Assembly (NCBI RefSeq): GCF_009914755.1
Contig: NC_060925.1
Reading direction: 5' to 3' (one strand)
Source: the human T2T-CHM13v2.0 reference genome, Homo sapiens
Length of the DNA stretch: 64,000 bases
The notes under the pieces are model-generated. The model was not told the origin of the DNA and searched no databases. It saw only the letters and a list, made by a program, of their open reading frames with translations. Below, one piece after another: positions 52,841-64,000 of the stretch (positions within the stretch are counted from its first letter, which is position 1; every line of letters begins with the position of its first letter). The translations under genes and the position numbers were made by a program.

Positions 52841-53541
52841 TTGCTACAAGACAGATGCTGGTAGTCCTAATCAGAAAAATGCTAAAAGCAGTGAGTCCAT
52901 GAAGGGACCCTATGCTCAAATACATACAATGAGGTTGATTTTACACAATGAAACACATAAATCTCAGATCCAGAAGTAAGACCTTCCTGGAATCAGAGAG
53001 ATTCCCATTTGGGCAGACCCTAGGAGAGGAAGGCAGGCTATATACCTTCCTCAGAAATAGCTAAGGATGAGACATTACCATTAAAAATAAAAGTCAAAGT
53101 ATGAATAAAGTTGTACTCTGCAATAGATTTTTTGGTGCAATAGAAAGAAGTTAAAAATGTGGGAGTGCGCCAGGTGTGGTGGCTCATGCCTGTAACCCCA
53201 GCACTTTTGGATGCCTGAGGTCAGGAGTTCGAGACTAGCCTGGCCAACATGGTGAAACCCTATTTTTACTAAAAATACAAAAATTAGCTAGGCATGGTGG
53301 TAGGCGCCTATAATCCCAGTTACTCAGGAGGCTGAGGCAGGAGAATCACTTGAACCCCGGGGGGTGGAGGTTGCACTGAGCCGAGATTGCGCCACTTCAC
53401 TCCAGCCTGGGTGAAAGTGCGAAACTCTGGCTCAAAAACAAACAAACAAACAAAAACAATTGGGAGTGTGCCAGGGGTGGTGGTTCACGCCTGTAACCCC
53501 AGAACTTTGGGAGGTCGAGGCAGGCAGATCACCTGAGGTCA

Positions 53542-53832
<291 letters not shown>

Positions 53833-54114
53833 TCAAGATGCTGAGGCAGGAGGATGGCTTGAACCCAGAGTTTGAAGCTGTAGTGCACCACGATCACCCC
53901 TGTGAATAGCCACTATATTCCAGTCTGGGCAACATAGAGAGACCCCATATCTAAAAAAACAGAAAAAAAGAATGATGGAGTAAACTACTTTGGTTATCTC
54001 TCTGAGGCATCAAGGAGACCATCCTGTGCATGCATAAATAGTCTGATTCTCTAAGAGGTGAAGATGTTGGAATCTACAAACTATAGCTTAGTTACTTCAA
54101 TGTACATCTTGGGC

Positions 54115-54420
54115 TAGATTCTGGAACAGCATGTTGAGGGAATAGTTTTTGAATTACTAAAAGAGGAAGAATTTATTACTAGGATCCCACATGGATTCAT
54201 TAGGAACAAATCATGGTAGACAAAGTAGGTATTCAAGAAATACTTGCTCCACAAATTAAACGTATTTTTTTCTTTGATGGAGTCACCGCACATTTCATAA
54301 AGAATTAATGGCATTTAGCATAGCATTTCATGAATTCCTTGAGAAAAGGAGAGAGATATAGGTCACAGGATAGTAAAGTTAGGTGATTTGTAATTGATTC
54401 AACAGTCAGTTGCCAATGCT
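54115..54420 (+). mobile_element. L3/CR1 LINE reverse-transcriptase fragment
   Basis: Frame from 54118 reads ILEQHVEGIVFELLKEEEFITRIPHGFIRNKSW*, resembling the CR1 RT motif (..ITRSQHGFxKNKSC..). Confidence 0.7.
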
Positions 54421-55171
54421 TTGTAAGAGTCAGAAGAAGTATACTACCTGGTCTATCTAGCATAATGGACTAGAGTATGGATTTTGATGTCATTGCTTTG
54501 CTATTTGCTAGGGGTAAGAACTTGGGCAAGTTACATAACCTCTCTCTACCACAGATCATATAGGGTAGGCATGAAGTAGTTAAATGGAAAACCTGAGGTC
54601 AGTTGGCTATGTTCAGCCCCCAGAGAATTAGGGCAGGTGGTTTCTCTGCCAGGGAGACAATTACAGTGAAAGGCAGGAAATAACCAGAGGAAAAGGTTTT
54701 TGAGTAAGAGGAGAGTCTTCCGGGCAGCACTTGGCACAGGAGATAGCCTTTTTTTTTCAATAGACTCTGGGCACTGAGGTCCTAACAGCCTGATCTTGAG
54801 GGCAGAGAAGAGCCACAGAGCCTTTGGAAGGATTTTCACTGGAGGGAGAATCCTGGCTCCTGATATATGTGGGTCTGATTTATTATTATTATGTCCAGAC
54901 CCAAAACATAAGAATAATATGAATTCAGCAACAGAAATATGTCATATAGGGGAAGCCCATGCTTGAAGGACCAAACCTGGTACCCTCAGAAAGTGAGAGT
55001 TCTGTGCAGTTGGCAGATCAGCATTAAAACAGGAAAGCGAACAATCCAGGGATAGCCAGGAGGCTTGACACAGGACTGTCAGGAGAGCCCTGTGGCCTGG
55101 GCTTCCCATCCAAAGCCCTCCCATGTACACTTGTTTTTTTCCTTATGGTACACAATGCTTGCTATCTTTAA

Positions 55172-55678
<507 letters not shown>

Positions 55679-56427
55679 TAAACGGTAAACAAAAGGATCA
55701 TAGTCCATATATTGGGGAGGCAAATATTCTGGAGAAAAAAGCTAACACATCACTTAGTGAGTCTTAAAAATAAAGTACAGATATCTTGAGGATACCTATG
55801 GACTTTTTTTTGAGCTGGAGTCTCACTCTGCCACCCAGGCTGGAGTGCTGTGGCAAGATCTCAGCTCACTGCAACCTCTTCCTCCCGGGGTTCAAGCGAT
55901 TCTCCTGCCTCAGCCTCCTGAGTAGCTGGGATTACAGGCATGCACACCATGCCCAGCTAATTTTTGGATTTTCGGTAGAGATGGGGTTTCGCCATGTTGG
56001 TCAGGCTGGTCTCATACTCTTGGTCTCAAATGATCTGCCCACTTTGGCTTCCCAAAGTTCTGGGATTACAGGCATGAACCACTGTGCCCGCCCACTTACG
56101 GACTTTCCAAGGGCTCTTAGGCATGGATGACTTTAGGGAATCTAATTCCAGTTTGTGTGCTCCATTTGTATTCTTTGCTAAAATTATTTTAACTAAGAAC
56201 TCACTGATAAATGAGGTGATAGGGATTCTCAGTCTCCACTTTCCCTTATACAATCCCTTCTCCCACTTTATAAAACACAAACTCTCAGCCATCTGCATGC
56301 ATCCCATGGCAGTCAAAGGGGGTAATTCTTGGTTTTTTTTGATGTTATTTTCAAATGAGATTATATATTTGTCCTAGAGATATACTTACAGAATTGAAAG
56401 AAAATCATGTTCATTATGCAATTTTAA

Positions 56428-56866
<439 letters not shown>

Positions 56867-57479
56867 TGACAGTGAAAATAGATGATTTAGGTCAAGACAC
56901 CACAGGTGCTACTCCCTGGCTGAGTTTCTCCAGAATCAGATATGTGACATGGGGATGCTGGCCCCAGCCTTATGAGTAACCATTTGTGTATGTTCCTTCT
57001 CTATTGACATTAGTTTTCTCCCTTTAAACAGGGGACAATGTTGGACTTACTGCTGTAAGATAGTTTCTATCTTTGACATTTTAAGCAGCTGTTAATACCT
57101 GAGGTGAGAGAAAGGTGATCCTCAATTCCTTATCTAAAACCTTTGGAGACAGAGTTTATCAGAATTAAGAATTTTTCAGATTTAGGAAAGTTAATATGTG
57201 CATGTAAAGTATATTATGTAACACTCCAATAAAGCAGACTTGTAATCATAATCAAATGTAATTTCTGCAGTGAAATTTAGAATACTCATAGTAAGTGGTG
57301 AATAAAGAATATATATAGCCACATGACACGTGAGCTCAGTTCAGGTTTTGCTACTAAATGAATTCAGGTTATGTTAGGTCTTGCCACAGAATGAGTTACA
57401 AAACAAAATGAAACAAAAAACCACCAACTTTCAATTTTTAAAACTTTTCAAAGATTTCTGAGTTATGCAGTTAACCCTA

Positions 57480-58608
<1,129 letters not shown>

Positions 58609-61600
58609 TCATATTTCAATTAATATTTATGAAGTGTAAATTGATCTTGTTAGAGTGTGTGCTGTCGTTTGCTTCTTCATTAGTGACCATTTTGTTTCTT
58701 TGCTTGTCCTATAAGTCCCAAGGTAAGAGAAGTTTAAGAGAAGTTCTTCAGATATGGAAGAAGAAAGATAACAAGTAATTGCAAAACTAGTTTTCCATAT
58801 ACAAGAATACCACAGTATTTTTAAATACCAAAACATCAGTGTATTTGTTGGTGTATTTTTTTTAAACATGAAATGGAATCATTCATTTTTTGAAATGTAT
58901 TCAAGGAATTATATGCTGCATTAAAATCTAAAGTTGAACAAAGGTGTATTTTAAAAAATGTTCTGACCACATCCCTTCCCTGTTTAAAAACTCTTCTAAG
59001 GTTTGTTAGCTTTGTTTTAAATCTCCATTTCCTAGGTTTCCAGAGAGGTTTGGCAGCTTTTCTTATCTTGATTAAGTATTTGTATTTCTCTCTAAGCCTG
59101 TTTCTGTTAGAGGGAGTCCTTTAAGAATGCAGGATGGCGGGGCAGGGTAGAGAGAGTGGGAAGTAGGTGGAGGGTGGACAGAAAGTGAATATGTGTAGTG
59201 GTAGAGGGGGTGTGGGTGGGAGGAATTAGGAAAGGAGTTGGGGAAGAAGGTGGAGAATTAGGAGGAAGTGTCAGGTCTAATTCCTGTCCTTCCCGGGGAG
59301 CCTAACCACCTTTCCTGTCTTAGGCTGCCTTCTCTCAATACTCCTGCCCTTTTGTTTTCCAGAGTCAGATTCATTTTCTCAGGGCCCAACTCTGCTATAG
59401 TCCTAGGATAACTTATTTTAATCAAGACCTTCTTCTCTAAGCATAGGCTCTCTACCTGGAGAGAATAAAGCCTCAGGAATAGAGAATGCCCAGTCCTGGA
59501 CCCTGCTCTTTTTGTATGTATGAGAGCATCTGAGGACAAGTTGTGGAAGATGGTGGTGACATAGCTCACTCATGTACGGTGATAGTAATCTTGTCATTTT
59601 GCTCTGGTGTTGCAATCCTGCAATCTTGACTATCATCATATTTAAGATCTGGCATTTGTCAGCAATATCCTAGCAGAAGAAACAGAATCCCAGTAGGAAA
59701 ATCCCAGTGGGTTTACCCAATAGGCAAATCCAGTAGTCTCTTTTACTGTCTTCTGTAATCTACACGGGTAAAGAGCATGAGGTTTGAAGTCAGGCTGAGA
59801 CACCTTGGAATAGACGTTTAATCTCTTTGAGACTTTGTTTTCTCATTTATAAAATTTAAAATAGCTGCTGCTAGTAAATCAATGAGTAGTACAGATAAAG
59901 AATGTAGCATGCCTAATGCAGTGGAGATGTGTATTAAATAATAAATGTGATTTCCCTCTTTCTCCGTATAGGAACTTGTGGCACCAGCAAACTGATGAAG
60001 AGGTTATGGAAGTTAGACAAGAGAGGGGAGACACCTGAGGCAATTGAAATTACAGGTCTTCTTAGCTAAACCTCAAAAGAAAATTGACTGAGATACCTTT
60101 TCTAGATGTGAAAGATGTTAGAAGGAGAGAAAAGTGCCACTTACTAGAATCTAATTATTTCCTCCAGTTTATCTGATGCTTTAGACACAACACTTGCCTT
60201 TATTTCATTTCTATTGCTTTCATGACTCTTCTGATGGAAACATCCCACAGCAATAAATTATTACCTTTGTGTTCTTCCCTGAAGGAAGTGGGGCATGAGA
60301 TCAGTGGTTGGTGATCAGGCCATAATCAGAAATGTTCCATTCCCGGCTTTGCCACTTATCGAGTGACCATGGGCACATCTTGAAGCCTCTTTTTGATCAT
60401 CAATAAATGGTATAATCACACCTAATTCACAGGGCCAATAATTCACTCACAAATATATGTATTTTTTGAGCACCCAGTATATGCCAGGCACTGTGTTATA
60501 TGATGGGGATAGCCAGTTAACCAAACAAAATTCTACCTGTATAGACCTCGCATTTCAATGGAAGAGACAGAGAATAAGCCAAGAAATGTAAATATGTCAG
60601 ATGGTGACTATTGCTATGGGGGGAGGGGGGAAGCCAGGAAAAAGGAAAGGAAGTGAGGGGGTAGGTTACTTTTTTATATAGAGTGATCTGAAAAGCCTCC
60701 CCTTTGAGTAGAGACTAACGAAAGTGAGAGAGTGAAGAGTGTATCAGGTTGTTATGAGATTTAAATGAGATAACACAGGTGAATTCTTAGCACAGTACCT
60801 GGAATGCACTGGGTGCTCTATCAGTGTTAGTTGTTAATATTAACATAGAAAGTATGGCATTACAGATAAGGCTTTAAGTAGGTGAAAATCTTTCTGGTTC
60901 CATCTAAGATACTCCTAAGGGACTCTGAATCATTTTGAAAAAGAAGGGTGATGGGTCAGGAGACTTTGTAGGCACATATTTTGTTGCCAGCTATAAAACA
61001 CCAATTCTATGAACAAGAATACTTCTGTGACAGTGGGATGTTTTAATCCAGTAGAAAATGGAGTGGGAAAAAGATGATCCATAGTAGTCTTTAGGTTCAC
61101 ATTCTCTGTAACAAATATTCCCAACTCTGAAGTTGGCATGTGCATTGAACTATTCCCCATCATCAACAATAATAATGGTGATGATGACATTAATTATGCC
61201 ATTTATATGTTTGTAAATGCTTTTCTTCCAAAGACCTCAAGTATTTTATGGACATGACCTAATTCTCCCTTACAACTTGCTCAAAGACAGGTCTAGCCTC
61301 ATTTTCTAAATGAGGAAACTGCGGTGTAAAGAAGCTAAGTAACTCCTTCAAGGTCAAACAATTACCTAAGCAGCTTCAGTCTGGATCCCAGACTTTAATT
61401 TTCAGGTCATCTCCTTTTCTGCCTGCCTCTTTGTCTTTCTGGATCTCAGAGATGACAAGAGGGATGCAAGAAAAGACACCCATGATGTCAGATGTCAAAG
61501 TGCCCACTCCCTGCTTATCGCATAGTCAGTGATCAGTAAATGCTGGTTTTAAAAAAAAGAAGCTCTTGGGCCAGGCACAGCGGCTCACGCCTGTAATCCC

Positions 61601-61631
61601 AGCACTTTGGGAGGCCGAGACGGGCAGATCA

Positions 61632-61990
<359 letters not shown>

Positions 61991-63339
61991 CTAGGCTCAA
62001 GTAATCTGCCCACCTCAGCCTCCCAAAGTGCTGGGATTACAGGCATAAGCCACCACGCCTGGCCAAGAAGGGCCTTCTCTACTGCTACAAAAATATTAAC
62101 TATTTAGCATACCTTTCTGCTCTCTGATAGCCACCTCGTGCCTATGCATCAAGATGCTATAAATAAATACAAACCTTGGTTGGTGAGAGAGGTCTAGTTT
62201 GGAAATACACATACACTGAAACCAATTCCTGCATGGAGTTGGGAAACAGAGATATTTGCTTTTTCTCTGTGAAAAGTCAACAGGAGCATAGCAAGGGAAC
62301 TCATTTTTGCTGATCACCTTCTCTCGGCTAGGCTTTTTTCATAATTTATATGCAGGAAAAGTGATTAACCTTTGCAAATTAGGAAACAAGGTATCCAAAA
62401 AGTTAAGTAATTTATCTAATGTCACATAGATAGCAAGTGGCAAAGCTGAGATTCAACCTTACAGCTCTCTGACATTTAAGTTTCAACATCTTCCAAAAGT
62501 CCAAATAGCCAATTCATACAGCTTTACTCAAAGTACAGTGTGAGTCGTTTATGATCCATTTCATTTTTTACATAAAATGTTAGCAAGAGGCTGAGCATGG
62601 TGGCTCAGTCCTGTAATCCCAGCACTTTGGGAGGCTGAGGCGGGTGGATCACGAGGTCAGGAGCTCAAGACCAGCCTGGTCAAGATGGTGAAACCCCATC
62701 TCTACTAAAAATACAAAAATTAGCAGGGCGTGGTGGTGGGTGCCTGTAATCCCAGCTACTCGGGAGGCTGAGGTGGAGGATTGCTTGAACCCAGGAGGTG
62801 TTGCAGTGAGCCGAGATCACACCGTTGCACTCCAGCCTGGGCAACAGAGCAAGACTCTGTCTAAAAAAAAAAAAAAAAAGTTAGCAAGAGAATAAAATAA
62901 TCAGGTGAAATTTTTGAGTAATTCAATTTTGCTATTTTTAAGCCTTCCTCTTAAAACTTTAACAAATTGGCATATGCAGCTAACATTTGGAATTTGGGAA
63001 GCTCCATTTGAATTTTAATTATTTAGTCTTCCCTTTGCTCACCAGCATGGATAACTGATAGCTTTTTAGGTGAATATTTCAGTACATTTCCTTTTCCTAT
63101 GGAGTTGACAGCCTGGATTTCATAGACAGCCACCTCTGAAGACCTGAGGAAGGTTAGAAATCTGGGCCTCTATGACATCAAGACCTTCTCAAGTGACGTG
63201 TTATTGTTAAATACTAAAGACTTTGGAAAGAACTTCACCTGATTCAATCACTTATATCATTCAAACTAGTAAAAAGATGATGCCAGTAGATATGTTATGT
63301 GTATTTAATATTGCTACCAAAAGCAAGCGCTAAAAAGCT

Positions 63340-64000
63340 TATACAAAGAGACATACTCAAAAGCACTATAGATTAATCAAAATGGAATTATCAAAAATGT
63401 TCAAGTAGCTCATGGGAAGGTATAAAAAAGAAAACAGAGAAAACAGAAATGACAACAGACAGAACAAACAGAAAACAAAGATAAAATGACAAACTTAAGA
63501 CCTAACATGTTACTGATTACGTTAAGTGTAAATGATCTACATACACCAATCAAATAACAGAGAGTGGAAAACTGAATTAAAAATCGTGATTCAACTAAGT
63601 GTTGTCTATAAACAACTTACTTCAAACCTGGGCAACATAGTGAGACCTCATCTCTACCAAAAAAGAAAAACAACAACAACAGCAACAACAAAACAAATTA
63701 GCTGAGCATGTTAGCACAAAACAAAAACAAAACTTACTTCAAATATAATGACAGAGACAGGTTGAAAGTAAAAAGATAGAAAAAATGTTATCATGTAAAT
63801 ATTAATCCAAAGAAAGAGTGGGCCATAATAATATCAGATAAAGTAGACTGCAGCACAAAAAAAGTTATTAAAGAGAGAGGGAGAGAGAGAGAGGGATAAT
63901 GTATAATGATAAAAGGAACACTATACCAAGAGGATTACATCAAGAAGACATAACAATCCTAAATGTGTGTGCACCAAACAACGGGGCTATAAGATATGTG
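63340..64000 (+). mobile_element. Old L1 (L1M) ORF2 endonuclease-region fragment
   Basis: GTAAATGATCTACATACACCAATCAAA..ATATCAGATAAAGTAGAC..CAAGAAGACATAACAATCCTAAATGTGTGTGCACC; degenerate. Confidence 0.8.

Noticed and set aside
52984-52992. Isolated GAS motif TTCCTGGAA
   Set aside because: Single 9-mer with no supporting context; expected by chance in 64 kb.

Overview
Human (primate) genomic DNA, recognisable as the IL12RB2/SERBP1 locus (chr1p31, from recall of the two proteins). The + strand carries the last coding exon of IL12RB2 (3093-3635, cytoplasmic tail with the STAT4-docking YLPSNID motif) and its 3'UTR. The - strand carries the complete 8-exon SERBP1 gene (ATG 37871, stop 20789). I spliced it by hand to a 1227-nt, 408-aa ORF; two in-frame alternative acceptors give 408/402/393/387-aa forms. 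It has a CpG-island promoter and a long 3'UTR with several candidate poly(A) signals. The two genes converge across a gap holding nested ERV1 LTRs (MER4A, MER21, MER41B). Positions ~38.7-64 kb are intergenic and repeat-rich (Alu, L1, L3/CR1, MLT1H, Tigger/MER). A U6 snRNA retro-pseudogene lies in SERBP1 intron 6. Almost all other ORFs in the supplied track are Alu-derived or chance. I see no new protein-coding gene or wholly new system. The best leads are regulatory or mutational: a GAS-bearing MER41B next to IL12RB2, a duplication-made p53 half-site cluster, ribosomal-protein-gene-like promoter logic with upstream ATGs at SERBP1, transposon-derived hairpins in the distal SERBP1 3'UTR, and two clear template-switch scars. 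Repeat families were assigned from remembered consensus sequences and their boundaries are approximate.
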